64,000 bases of DNA from Cercozoa sp. M6MM. Lineage: Eukaryota > Protista > Endomyxa: Ascetosporea. The DNA lies in assembly GCA_040357565.1 (NCBI GenBank), contig JBDODJ010000044.1; one strand, given 5' to 3'. Below are positions 30,675-46,700 of the stretch, in pieces. Each line of letters starts with the position of its first letter. Within the stretch, counting starts at the first letter, position 1. The notes beneath the pieces are model-generated. The model was given only the letters and a program-made list of their open reading frames with translations. It made no database searches and had not been told where the DNA came from. The position numbers and the translations under genes are program-made.

Positions 30675-32227
30675 TTAATCGCCGAGCATGGAGTCGCCGA
30701 AATCAATCATGCCGGAGTTGTTGACATCCATCGAGATGTCCTGCACCATCGCCTGAGGCGCGGCAGCAGGTTGCTATTTGAAGCACAGGAGAACATCACA
30801 AAACCCATACACATTCACAGGCGGGCAAACTACCTGTGTGTTGCGAGAGGAGACAGCAGCGGGCGGGTTGAAATGCGCAAAGCCCACGTTGCGTGTGCTT
30901 GCACTTTCACCTGCTATGGGTACAAGGTACAATGATGTAGGTCACATAAAAGTGAGAGGCGTACATCACATCGCATGGTACCAATGTCTTCGAGAGAGTA
31001 CTCGGCGTTGGGATCAAAGTCCTCCTCGTCCTGTATCAGGGATAGGATGAGTGAATTGGGTTTAACTGCAAAAAGAGCAGTATACGTCCTCGGCCATGTC
31101 GCCTTCATCGTAATCATCCGAGTCATCTTGATCGCTCTCTTGCTCGGCTTCCTGTTCCAACACAAGTGATTTAGGAAGGAAATGAATCGGAGGAACGGTA
31201 CATTCTGGGCCAACAGTGCGTCCTCGCGACTCATAGGCGGGTAGTATGCGTCCTGATTCTGCAGAGGGGAATGACAGGGTAGACACAGAGTAGTGCAGTA
31301 AGGCGAACCATCTCCTGCTGCGTCCACGGGATGTCGCGCTGCGTAACCTTGTATTTATCTGCAATCACGCGCTCGGCCAGCGACCTGCACAAAAAAGGTA
31401 GCCGGCCAATAGTAGATCACGTTGAATGGAAGAAGGCGTGATGTAGGTGTACCAGTCAACAGCCTGGGGCAACAAATTCGCCAGCCCGGCCTTGTAGTCG
31501 TGCCTCTTTAAGCAGCAAACAAAGTGTAAAAAGAGAGTACAGGGACAGGGTAGATCTACGAGGCAGCTCACCATGTAGTAGCCAATGCGCATGAACTCAT
31601 GGCCGCAGTAGGTGCCAACCACGGAGAGCACTGACATGTCGAAGATATCAGACTGGGGCACCTGAGGGATGGGAGGAGAGAGGTACACAAGGGGCGCAAG
31701 GCAAAGAGGTTCAAGGAACTACCTTATCGATCGGGAATTTCCCAGAAATAACGAATCGCAGCTTGCCTGCTGCTGGCACACCCACCGACAACTGCATACA
31801 ACATGCACATTGCACAGGTACATCTAGACACAGGGTATACCTCTTCGAGAACGATAGGAACACCGCCGCCACTCCATTCGATACGCTAAAGTACGTTTAC
31901 AAAATCATACACACTAGAAAGGAAGGAAGGGACAAAGTGAAGGTACCCAATCCATATCATTCGGCAGTTTCGTCGCGGCAGTGAACCACACCTGAAGAAA
32001 CGAGGTAGCTGGGCGAAGCAACAAGGGACGGGTAGTAGTACCCTGAACTCAATCGGTTCGTCGATCCGGGAGACGTATGAGTTAAGACGCACCTTGGTCA
32101 CCTGTCAGACAGTGTACACATGGAACGGACACGAAACCAACGAAACCAAACGCTCCAAAGCCATAAATAGCGCCACAACCACAAAACACCAAACGCTCAC
32201 CTGGACCGCCGGCTCTGCTTGAGACAT
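30675..32227 (-). CDS. ASF1: Histone chaperone ASF1 (divergent) with acidic tail
   Basis: VQ|VTKV...PIEFR|VWF...NDMDW|RIEW...VPQSDIFDMSVLSVVGTYCGHEFMRIGYYM|RHDY...ERVIADKYKVTQRDIPW is colinear with the ASF1 core. Confidence 0.88.
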
Positions 32228-33396
32228 ATTAGCACACGTCCGCACACTCTGGTCGTTTACGAAACCCGAGACGACGTATAAGAGTGGTGCCTTTTTGTTT
32301 GGTCAACAAAACTCAACAGAGCTCTCCTTATCCTGTCCGGTCTCGTTTTTTCTTGAACTTGTTTTTATCGATATTGATACGGTGCTTGTACCCGGGACGA
32401 CATTGTACGTACCAGCACAGGTAGTAATCAGGCTTTACCGCACCCCCTCATCTCCAGGGCCTAAGAGTCGAAACGCGGCAAAATCGTACGAAAAAAGGGT
32501 GATGCACAGCCGAAACCTTGTCGTGCAGCGCACACATTTGATTGTGCTGATGCACTTGCTGCACTGATAATATGTTTGAAAGCTGGTGTATCGTATTGTG
32601 TAAGTTGAAGATGTCACTGTATGTATGCTGTAGCTTGCGACAGTACCTCGGATTGGAGGTTTTGTACGCATTGCTGCGTGCTATTCGTGACCAACTGCAA
32701 CTGGTGCGTGGTGTCCTGACTCGCAACCCTCCTATGGTACTTTCCCTAGCCCCCTGTCTCTGTTTTCTTCACCTCGTTTGCCCGATCGAGAAGAATGGTT
32801 TTCTCGGGGTCATTGCATCGGTTCAATGAGAAACATCGACTCGGGTGATCCCAAAGGCCTACAGTTCAAAAATTCATCTACGGGACCCCCCGCCCCCCTG
32901 CCTGCCCCTTCGTTTTATTTTCTGAAACAGTTGCCTGCTACATTGTCGCTGCTGCTGCTGATGCGGACGCAGCTTGTTCAACGGTCGGAGTGAAGTGTTC
33001 ACGGTCGGAGCGAAAAATTTTTCTACTTGATAATATTCCCTAGCGGCATTTTCGATCAATTTCTTCTCATTCCTATATCATTGCTACTTATGTCAAAACG
33101 GCGTACTACGATGCTACAGGCGATATCAGTTGTTGTAAATTGTTATTTGTTTTTGTTTTACGAACATCTCAGCAGCTACCCCAAAAGGAAAAAGGCTGCC
33201 GGACATTACGAAAATGCTGCCAAAGTCTAGACGTTTTCTTGCTTTTTCGCACGCTGTAGACATTTTTAATGTTATCGGCCGTTTGTACTTTGGACATTTT
33301 TAAGGGGTTCGGTTTTATACATCTCAGGCTTTTTCCTAGTAGCTCAGGATCGTGGTTTGTGTTTCCGCTTGTGTAGGAACAAAGAGAAATCCAAAA

Positions 33397-33498
33397 ATGC
33401 AATCAGAATCGGATGAGGATCGCCTCATGCACATTGCCAAGATGCGTCGTTTGGTGCATTTGTCTGAGTTGGGTGTCCGGGTGCATGAAAAACAAAAA

Positions 33499-33546
<48 letters not shown>

Positions 33547-33649
33547 NNNNNNNNNNNNNNNNNNNNNNNNNNNNNNNNNNNNNNNNNNNNNNNNNNNNNN
33601 NNNNNNNNNNNNNNNNNNNNNNNNNNNNNNNNNNNNNNNNNNNNNNGTG

Positions 33650-33703
<54 letters not shown>

Positions 33704-34302
33704 CTCGGCAGGAGGCCAGACGTCCCATCTTGGACGTGCCGCATGTCGGGTACAAGGGTCGAATCTCTGTTGTTTGCACCGTGTGGCAGTTAGTTTGACT
33801 GGGTTGCAGTGGCTTGTCACTCGCGCTAAAAGGGCCGCAGCCAGTGCAGGATCGATCGGCGAGGTGCTTTTTTAGTTGCTTCTGTCGAGTGTTCTCGGTG
33901 TCTGTGCAGTTGCAGTGTCACGAGTGGTTGCACAGAGAGATGCACCTGCGACACGAGCGTGAGTACCGTGAGCGAGGCCTTCGGCGTGTCGTTGAGGCCC
34001 TCATCATTGTGCACGATCGTGGTCATCCACACCTGTAGTCTTGTGCTTAGCTGTTGTTTTTGGTTTTTGTATTCGCTATCTTGTGCTTTGTCGCAGTGTC
34101 CTGCAGCGACTTGGCGACGACAGAAAAGCCTTCTTCCGACTGTACCCTTGTGCTGGCGTTCTCTCGCGGGAGGTGTAGAGGGGGTAAAGGGGCTAACTGT
34201 GTCTGCTTAGGCCAGGCGGTGCACTGCGAGCGAATGAGTCCGAACTTTCCGGCATGCAGCGAAAGGTGCAGCCCAGCCTTTGTGGAGGTGAGGCACATTG
34301 TG

Positions 34303-34350
<48 letters not shown>

Positions 34351-35104
34351 CAACAGTTGAGGGCACGCTTGATGCCAGACGACTTGACGGCTCCCTTCAG
34401 ATTCAGTAAGCGTTCAATTTGTGAGTGTTGGACAGCGAGAGGCAGGGGATGCTATCGACACAGACATCCGTGCCTGCGTGTCGACATGGTGGCAGACCGA
34501 GTTTGATGGACCACTGTACCCGTACTTGCCGCCGCACTGCAGTGCCCCTAAAGAGGTTAACGACCCCCCCCCCACCTCCTATCATGTTGATCTCTCACTG
34601 GATGACAGGTGCGCAAACTTTTCCTGGTGGAGGTGCCACCAAAGGAGCTACTCGTGTGTCCCGGCAACTACCGTCTCGTTGCAGTGCCTTTCATGGATCT
34701 CCACGACAGGTGCACTCACTCGACTGCGCTATCGGGGGGGGGGGGGGGGGTATCTTGTGTACTTGTGCGTGTAGTGCCAAACGATTCGGCACAGTGATTG
34801 CTGCCGTGCCCACGCTGCTGTCTAACTATGAGTTGTACCTTCTTGATACCGTCTCTGTATATTATAGATATACTCCGTATCTTTACTTTGTCTCAGCCGA
34901 TTCCTTGAAGCCAAGCCCGAGGAACAGCAGATGGAAGACGACGCTAACGAAGTCGAAGAGGTAAAGCAAAGCCAAGCTTCTGACAAGCCCAAGCTTGAGA
35001 CGACGACGACTACCAGTGAACCAGGTCGTGGCACAGAAGAACACAAGCAAGAGGATACGATGAAGGAGGAACCCGAGGAGGAGGACACTGACCCGTGGGC
35101 CTAG
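33397..35104 (+). CDS. NUDT21: Cleavage factor Im 25 kDa subunit (CFIm25/CPSF5), divergent, with acidic C-terminal extension
   Basis: EREYRERGLRRVVEALIIVHDRGHPHL...AFFRL|PGG...STWWQTEFDGPLYPYLPPHCSAPKE|VRKLFLV...PGNYRLVAVPFMDLHDSAKRFGTVIAAVPTLLS parallels the CFIm25 consensus. The first exon is separated by an N-gap. Confidence 0.92.
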
Positions 35105-35394
35105 AGGGTCGAGTGATGTCGTGATTATCCAATTGGCAAGTTGTAGGTTAGGAGGGGATCTCCGCTAGCGTACGTAGCGCTCTCCCTTTCCGAGTAACTG
35201 TTAAAGTTGACTTTCCGCGTCCGGTCGCGTCGCGATCGGGTTAACTGGTACGGTGGTACCGAACGCAATGAACGCACTGGCAACCCAACTATGCCAGCCC
35301 TAGAGCTTAAGCACCGTCGTGTCTTGTCAACTCGACTCAGTCCGTCTTTCGTTTCAGTTTTATTTCGACTGGAGTAACGTCATTTTAGCCAGGA

Positions 35395-37322
35395 TTAATC
35401 ATATGCAAGGAAGTCGGCACGTTGGCAGTAGCTGGTGGCAAACGCGCGACCCATACGCGTCGGCTGCGAGAAAGCGAGTTGCTCCAGCGCAAGTGAGCAC
35501 TACAGGCAGGAACAGAAGTAACAGAGGTCCCGGTACACAGAAAAGCAAGTGCACCTTGCCATCGTCAGAGCGCAGGATTTGACTCTTCTGCAGCGCCTCT
35601 TCGACAAAGCTATCTCCAACCGCGAGGTCAGCGCACTCGTTTCGCAGCGTATCCAGTAGCTTTCGCATCACGCCTGGAACGAAAGAAACCGAAAAACGCT
35701 CAAAGTTGAAAGCCTGATACAACTAACTGCTACGGCAATAAAACCCTTTCGTCGCATCGACTTGTGCGTCCACATCGCCTTCACACCGACACGACAAGTG
35801 TCAACAGGTCCATTCGCGACCTAACAGACTCAAAACAAGCCAAACCTCTACAAAAGCTTACATTGCACAGGCACAGACAAACCAGAGAAACAAACCTCAA
35901 GCAACGTGCGATCGGACTCGTTTGTTTCAGCAGCACGATCCACTCGCACGCGGTAGGCACTGAAATGAGCATAAAAAGAAATCCACAACAGCACAGAACA
36001 ATAGAGGTACCACGGCACTCGTTCGGAGATAACAACGCCCATAACGCGCAATTTGCGCACATAAAGCAATGCCTACGGTCGGTAAGTGTGTGAGACAAAA
36101 ATACGTTGACCCACAAGCATAATTTACGGTACCAAAGATCCACGTTCGAGGTTGCCGGTCGTATCGTCAAACCCAAGCACGGCAAGCGCGTGAGACACTG
36201 CTTCCCGAACTGAGCCTGTGTGTATCGACGAAACTTGTCAAGTCCTTCGGGGCATGCAATTTAACATCAGAGTAAACTACGCCGGGTTTGCGGTTTGGTC
36301 TCGGCGCGTTCGTTGAGCGAAGCGAAGTCAAACACAGCGACGCGCGTTGCTTTGGCTAGTTTTCCACTCTCTGCAAAACACAAGCCAAGTGATACACACA
36401 AAGACAAAAAAGACAATACCATGATAAACACACCTGTTTGTGCCAACTCGAGGGAACGATCAAAGTCGAAGATGTCATCGCTAACGTCGCTGACACCCCT
36501 TTTCGCATTCGCCAGGGCGAAAAACGAACGCAGCGAAGCCTGATTCTTTCTGCAAGATGCCAGATTTTATGAAAAATGTTCAAAAAAAACAAGAAAGGCT
36601 GCACATCAAATTTACTTGCGTTTCGGCGCGCGCGGAGTTATGACACGAACGGCATCGGCGTAACACGCTTCTGCAAACTTGGCACCCTTGATCGCGCGGT
36701 CGTGCGTGCGACGGTGCGCTGGATCATCTTCGGTCATGCCACCGACCAGCTGCATTTAGAGCACAATCTCATCACACAGCGGCAACAGAACTGTGCAACA
36801 AAAAGCCCATACCATCATGCCGCACTCGTCACAGCGCCTCGCGGCAAACTCGCTTCGCGTATTGCGCTGCCCAAGCCGCAGTGTTGTCTGCAAACTCTTG
36901 TCCGTGTCTGACTTTAACGACACTCCGTTTTTCGTGGTTTTTGTTTTCGCTGCTGTGGTTTCTGCGTCGGTGTGCTTCGTGAGACGCCGACGTTTCGGAG
37001 TCGGCTCGTTTGTAACATCCCGAATACTGCCACCACCTGTCCACAGCAATTTTACATACTCAAATCACGAGTAGTAACTAAAAAATCCACCAACAGACGC
37101 GTTTCGCCGCAACAACACGTCGAATGCGTTCTGTGATCCGCTCATGGAACTGCTTTCTGTACGACGCATTCACATGTGCCAGCAAACATGGTGGCAGTGT
37201 TTGATGGGTGAGTTGCCATATCATATCGTGAGCGTACCAGCAGAGTCACGGAAGTCTGCGTCATCATCACTACTGTCGGCGAACAGACGACTGTTAGTCA
37301 TTGGAACAAGCTCCCCCGACAT
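35395..37322 (-). CDS. ESCO: Cohesin acetyltransferase Eco1/ESCO
   Basis: PIP-like QTTLRLGQ; zinc finger CDECGM...DDPAHRRTH; GNAT region GVKAMWTHKSMRRK|GVMRKLLD; terminal LAFSQPTRMGRAFATSYC...FLAYD*. Confidence 0.9.
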
Positions 37323-37649
37323 GACTGTGTTTTCCTGTGTGCAACAAAAAAGGCATCCCGAATAGAAATATGGTGCCAAAAAGCCGGCACCAAAAGCAGT
37401 TATGGCGCTGCACAGCCAATGTAACACAAAAGCGCTGCCCTCTGCGGCTGTGCTGTCCTGTATCGTCTCTGTCTTTTTTCTGCTGAGTGACCACTTGAAC
37501 ACAGGAAAAACTAAATTGACATTGAGTGCGGTCGTGTTGCGTCGTGGTAGAAATATCGGTAAATTCACAAACTGTCGTGGCCAGGCGCGCTCCCGAAGTA
37601 GATAGGGTACTGGCATGGGACTGTTCCTTCACCCAGGTCCGCAGCCGCG

Positions 37650-40304
<2,655 letters not shown>

Positions 40305-40546
40305 GCTAGGATTGGCGGCTTGAACAAGCACAGTGCTGCTATGCGTGCGCTTGCAGGTTGCGACGCGCGATCGGCGTGACTATGTGCCGAGCAGCCTGCA
40401 GCCAAGTTGGAATCGCGAATGATTCCCTTGAAAAACGCACCTTTAAAGACGAGACTTGGGATACTGTCTTTGACATCATTCACACATTCAAGCTTAAATA
40501 AGCTAAGGCAGCGCATTTTAAATTGTGCACTGACGTGATCACAACA

Positions 40547-41360
40547 ATGGGTGAACTTGAGGTCGTCTCGGCATTCTCACAATTTTTTGTGATTTCTCCT
40601 CGTGGTGACACGCTCGTGAGTCGAGACTGTGAGTTTCTCCTTCGTTGTCAGCCCGGCATATTTTTTGTGTACTGATGTGCACGGTCATTTATGTAGTCCG
40701 TGGTGACCTGCCGCGGTCGACGGCGGCAGCGTTCTACAGACGACTGACCGAGTCCAACGTACCCCCCCCCCCTCCTTTAAATTCTGTGAGTGGGCAGTGT
40801 TGCACGATGTGTCCCCAGTACACACTCGAGCCGGTCAGCAACGCCGATGGCGTATCGTTCTTCCACGTGCGGCGGCAGAAGTTGACGTTCCTGCTGACTG
40901 CGCGTGGCAACACGAGTGCTGTTTTCGCCATGGAGGTGCGTCTGGCTTTTGAACACTTTGACGCAGTGATCCAACATGGGACTGTGTGTAGGTGCTCGCG
41001 CGCCTTGTGGCAGTGTTTAAAGACTACTGCGGCGTCGTGTCCGAGCCGGCCGTGGCCCAGAATTTCCTGCTGCTGTACGAGCTGCTGGACGAGATGCTTG
41101 ATGCTGGCTACGCTCAGGTAGCAACGACGATACACCCGACTGACAGAGCTCGGGCTAAAATATTCTGTGTCTGACTGATACACGCAGGAATTGCGAACGG
41201 CACCGCTGAAGCGCCTGGTGTACAACGAACCTGCGCCGCTGGAAGCTGGTACTTTCTGCTGTCTTGGTGGTGACTGTGTGTGCGCGCGTGTGTGTGTGTG
41301 TGTGCGTGCGTGTGTGTGTGTGTGTGTGTGTGTGNNNNNNNNNNGTGTGTGTGTGTGTGC

Positions 41361-41408
<48 letters not shown>

Positions 41409-43300
41409 CGTTGCATCTGCTTGTGACGTTGTAGCCGGCAAGAGCGGCAAAACCGTTGCGTCGCGTCTGCGTGCCGCTGGCAACAGTGGCAAGACTCTCT
41501 CGGCCTCGGTGCCTCCACTCCCTTTGGCTGCTTCACTCCTTCCCCTCTTTTATTGCCAGCTCACAGGCAGCGAATGCGAGCGTGCTGCGTGCCGGCAAAC
41601 GACAGAACGAAATCATTGTCGACGTGCTGGAGCGATTGACGGTCACCTTTTCTGCCAGCGGCGCCGTGCAGGTACCTCTGTCTTTCTATGCTCGTGAGTG
41701 GCTGCTTACCCCCTCGCCCCCTTGACACAGCGGCGCATGGTGAACGGCGAGGTGCTGATGAAGAGCTTCCTTGTTGGGCAGCCTGACGTGCGTCTGCAGC
41801 TGAGTGTACTCTCCTTCCCCGTATGAGTGCACGTGTGGGAGATTTAAGGGTGTACACAGGAGACTCTGCGAGTGGCCCCGTCAAACGGCCAGGCGCCGAA
41901 CCAATCGCTCGCGTCTGCGCCGCGTGTCGACACGATCAAGTTCCACGAGTGCGTCAATGTACACTTGTCTCAGTGCGCTGACATGGTCGGCAGGCGTGTC
42001 AGTATCCTCGTACTTGTCTGTGCTGTAGGCCTCTGAATTTGAACGCACGCGCGCCGTGGTGCTGCGGCCGCCTGATGGCGAGTTCGCGGCCATTCAGTAC
42101 TCGGTGGTATGTGTTGTCTGTATTTCTATGCCATGTTGATCTACACATTCGAATGACAGGCGGATGCCGACTTCCGTTGTCCGTTCCGCGTGTTTTCGTC
42201 CTTCGAACTAGACTCTGGCAACTCGTACCTTTGCTGTCTCTCCTTGTGTGTGTAACTGTCTGTCTGTGGAAGTGTCTGTGTTTGTAAGGGTCTGTGTGTA
42301 AGTGCCTGTGTGTGTGTGTCGGATAGAATGGCCAGCAAGGCAACGCTTGTGGTGCGTGTGCGGGCCGACATCCCGCGTGGCAACCACGCGACTAACGTGC
42401 AGCTTTTGCTGCCGCTGCCGTCTGCGACTGTGCTTTCTCTCTCCCTCTCTCTCCCTCCTCCACCACCCTCTGATTTCTGCGTTGTCAGGTTTCCGCCGTG
42501 TGCTCGACGGACAGCAGTACTTTTCCTTTACCAGGCATTTTGCTATTGTGGCTGCCCCTCATACCAAACGTGTGTTTACAGTTGTTCGACCTCAGCAGAG
42601 CTGCATCGCAGCCGGAGCTGACCAGGGTGCTCATTCCCTGGCTACTATCTACTTTGTACCTGCACCGTGTATTTTTTTGGATCAGCTGCCTCGTACGACA
42701 GCATTAAGCGACGTGCGGTACCTTTGAACATATCTGACATTCGGTACCAGTCTGTTGTGTGTATGGAATGCACTTGTGCAGGTGTGGCACATTAAAAAGT
42801 TCGGGGGAGGTGAGGAGCACTCGCTGCGCATCTCGCTCACCTTCGCGCAGCCGCAGGTAACGTCGGACCTACTTATGTACACGCGTATGATGACACCAGA
42901 GTGAGTGCCTGTGTGGACGCAGCCGGCAGTCGTGCGAAGACAGTGTGGACCACTCTCGGTGAACTTCGAGATTCCGATGTTCTCCGTCACTGGCGTGCAG
43001 GTAGGCCTGGCCTCTGTGCCCTGTCGTGCCTGTTGTGCTAGTTGTGCTCTGGTCTCTTTATATGGGTGCAACTGTAGGTGCGAGGTCTCAGATTGGCGCA
43101 CACGACGAGCAAGAAAGCGCCCAACCGCTGGGTATTGCACTCTCGTCTGCCTACCACTTTCCCTTGTGCCTTTGGGATGCATGACTTTTCGCGCTTTTTT
43201 AGGTGCGCTACATCACGCGATCCGACTCATACACATGGTACTGCTTTCTCGTTTTTAGCCTCATGTCTGAAACGTTGGGTACGTGCGCAGTCGCCTGTAA
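40547..43300 (+). CDS. AP4M1: AP-4 complex subunit mu
   Basis: FSQFFVISPRGDTLVSRDFRGD, FKDYCG...NFLLLYELLDEMLDAGY, NEIIVDVLERL, FHECV, PPDGEF, FEIPMFSVTG, RWVRYITRSDSYTCRL*. Confidence 0.93.
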
Positions 43301-43460
43301 TGGGACCGCGGACGGTATTCGGACAAGTTTACCCGACCCACGAGCTAGCTCCGTCACGATCGTCGTGTCGCGTTAACTTTAGTGAAGTGCGTGATTCTGA
43401 ATTTTAGTTTGCGTTATTTTTTCCCATTAGCATTTATCGGTGCGGTAGTTTCCGAATCGG

Positions 43461-43675
43461 GTCAGTTGAGTCGCGTCTACCACGGTCATGCGCTTGTGAC
43501 CCCCATTCCAGTACTGGTAGTTAGTCAGTTGAGTCTTGTAGGAAACCAACAAAGTAGTTCCTCTGCACCAGTCTGGGGTGGGTCACAAGAGCATGGTCGT
43601 GTCTCGTCTGCCGCCCGCTTAGGGTAGGACCATACATTCCAGTACTGGGTTTCTTAGTAGACTGAACTAACTGAC
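43461..43675. mobile_element. Non-coding foldback (MITE-like or structured-RNA) element, copy 1
   Basis: Inner arms 43481-43518 and 43567-43601 pair; outer imperfect IR 43461-43480 with 43657-43675; about 80 nt recur at 51087-51166. Confidence 0.55.
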
Positions 43676-43762
43676 AAATTATAACCGAGCGAACGTAAAG
43701 CTTCGGTGCGCTGAAGCGCGGCGCTAGCCCCGCGGCCATCGATGCTATCCGATCAGAGGCAA

Positions 43763-46700
43763 TCAAACCTCGTCAAGCAGGTCAAGCAGCTTGTCGGAGT
43801 CGAGGTCCTCGCAGAGAACGGGCACGTCGGTATCGCCGGCACTGGCAGGTCTCTTGTGTTGGGCAGACGGTTTCGGCAGTGCTTGGAGTTCAGGTTCGGG
43901 GACACCAAGGTCCTCGTCCTCACTGAGTTCCTCCAGCGACTGCATTCTTAGAACTTGCGTTCCTCTGAACACAGACAAAGTGCCAACGTTTCAACAACAC
44001 AACACATGGAGCATAACGGTACGGCGCGACAGGGAGTGCGTCGAACACCTCGCCTGCGAGAGCACTGCCGACGTCGGATCTTGGCGAGGCAGGCGCAAGG
44101 GCAGTGGGAGACATCTGCGCCGTCTTAAGCGGTCCAACGGCAGTCACATCGACCGTAGCAGCGCGACGTCGCACCGGTAGCTCCATCTCGTGCTCGTGCA
44201 TCGCGGCCACTCGAGGAACCGCGTCGGCGCCCTTGGTGCGCGAGTCAGTGTCCGCCTTGACGCTTGAAGGACTGGTGTTCGCGAACAAGAAGTCACTCAC
44301 TCGCACGCGAGGCTTGTTGCTCTACAAGCAGGGGATACAGGCAGGGTATACAGGCAGGACTCGAGTTAATGGAGGGAAACTACCGCTTCGCGGTGCAGAC
44401 TGTGGCGTCGTGCAGTTCGACTGGCCGTGCGTTTCGGTTGCGGCGTGCGCGACTGAAGGCGCAAGGCCTCGCGCAGTGGCATCTCCGACTCGGAGGAGGT
44501 GTCGGTCTCTGTCTCTGCCTCGGCTTGCTCGGCGAGTTGCTGCGGCTGTTGCTGCAGGCGCTGCAACAGACGCTGCGTTTCCTCATCGGCGCCCACGGTC
44601 TGCGCCAGCAGCACGGCAAAGCCACGCTCGGTATTGGCGCGCAGCAGCAGCGTGTGCGCGTCCAGCGACGGATTCCGCAAGATTGACGGTGCAAACACGA
44701 TCTGCGAGAGGGCAAGGATCAAGGGAGACGGGGGGGGGTAGGAGATAGGAGTAGTGAGAGAACGCACGGCCAGGTTGTCCAGCGACATACGCGAGTGCTC
44801 CTCCTCGGCAGCACTCTCTAACATGAGCGACGCCACCACCCGCAAGGCTGCAACAACGCACGGCAATAACAGTGTGTGTGGGGGGAGGTAAGAAGAGGGG
44901 AAGGGAAGGGAGGGAAACTACCTCGCTGATTTAGTGCGGGCACCTTGTTCAGCACAGTGAGCACGCGCTGTCGCGCCGCATCGCGCGGAGCCTCGTCCTT
45001 GCCGCGCTGCGCGACTCGCCAGGCATCGAATGCGCCGATGCACTCGTCGTAGAACTCCTGCGGAATCAACGGTTCCTTCAACGAGCGCAGCCACTCCTTC
45101 AGCATCGCCGCCGGCGTGATCGGATCGTTTGCCGCGCGCACCAGTGACTCGGCGGCTGGCACATGTCACCGGGTCCCAAGCAAGACAGGTCAAGGATGAA
45201 AAACACACACAGTCTCCTACCCTCCAAGTCGCCACGAGCCAGTGCGGTACGAAGCGACTGCAGCTCACTCGGACGAGCCGACAGACGGAAGATGCCGTCG
45301 GTACGCAGACCGTGCCCTGCGGGTGAGAGTTGGCCCATCGGGCATGTACTCAGGTCCGGAGACAGGTATTGGTACGATCAGGGAGTAGTACCCGTAGAGC
45401 GCACAAGTTCCGGCAGCAGTGTGAGCACACGCGGCACCAACAAACCGTCCTGCATCGCCTCTTCCAACTGTGAGTCAGGGCACATGAGACCGACACAGGT
45501 GTCACATATGCAGCTACCGTATGTGCAGACATCTGCTCGGCCTGTCGCCATGGCTTCAGGTTGAACGAGAACTCTTCAAACTTGGATGCCTCGTCTGCAC
45601 ACGCGCATACCAGTCACGTTCAGAGCAGCACGTGTGGTAGTCTCAGAGGAGAAACCTGGTACCAACTGCAGTCAAGGCAAGTGGCACTCGGTTTCGCTCC
45701 GTCTTGCGCAAGGCATCGGCCAGCGATTGGAGGTCACGCGCGGCTTCGACGTCCTCGCAATCGCCTTCAAAGCGCTCGTACTCAGAGCTGTGCACAAAGG
45801 AGGTGCCAGGTCAAGGAGGTGTCACGATGTTCAGACACGGGGGGGGGGGGGTTACCCGTCGCCGCCAAGGTCAACGAGTAGTTGCCGGAACGACTGTGCC
45901 ACGCACTTCTGGAGCACTCGTTTCGTCGTGAGAATGCGCATGCTTTCGTCCGAACATTGTTGCGCCACCTGATGTAGGGAATAACACGATAGATTGAAGC
46001 AGGATTGTCGAGGTGAGTGGCGTCAAATGAAGATTCATCTACCACACTGCTGATAGCGATTCGTGCTGCGCGTGATCGTTCGTTTGCTTGTTCAACAGTC
46101 TTCATGTACTGCGTACACAGAAAAATATAGATGCATGGCAGCATTGGCAACAAACAAGACCAGTCTGACTTACCTTCTCTTCGGCAGCTTCGGCAGCCGC
46201 AATGAGTTTTTTTGCGTTCTGTTTCGTGTTCTGCATCAAGCAGAATAAAATTGGAAGAAACACCAAGGACAGCAACCCGAGTGCTTAGTGCTGTGATACC
46301 TTTGTTGCCTTGTTCTTTCGTCTCCAGAAGCCCTTGTCTTCGGTAGCATCCTCCTCCTGCGACTGCGACTGAGCCAGCACGGCATCGACGGCTGCTGCAC
46401 TCTCTCGGTGCACCCTACGACAGCACTGCGTTCGGCAAACCAACAGAAAACAAGAGTAGTGGCTACGTTTGCACATCTGTGGCTGCCTGAGAGATCTGGA
46501 GCGCCGCTTTTTGCGCCACACGCTTGTACTTCTGACGGCTACATAGACACAGAGGCATACGGCAGGGTGTATCAGGGAGGGAGAATGACAACAACACACT
46601 TGTCAGCAAGCTGTCGTTCCAACACAAGGAGAGCACTGGCACCGCCTTCTCGCAGTGCGTCGGCGAACTGCTGGTAGCCCTGTGCGGCATCGCTCAGCCA

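Noticed and set aside
32295-33050. Possible small + strand gene between ASF1 and NUDT21
   Set aside because: Some exon-like segments, but no consistent start, frame or recognisable domain.
35160-35262. Cluster of short palindromes between NUDT21 and ESCO
   Set aside because: Stems are short and expected in CpG-rich DNA; no second copy seen.
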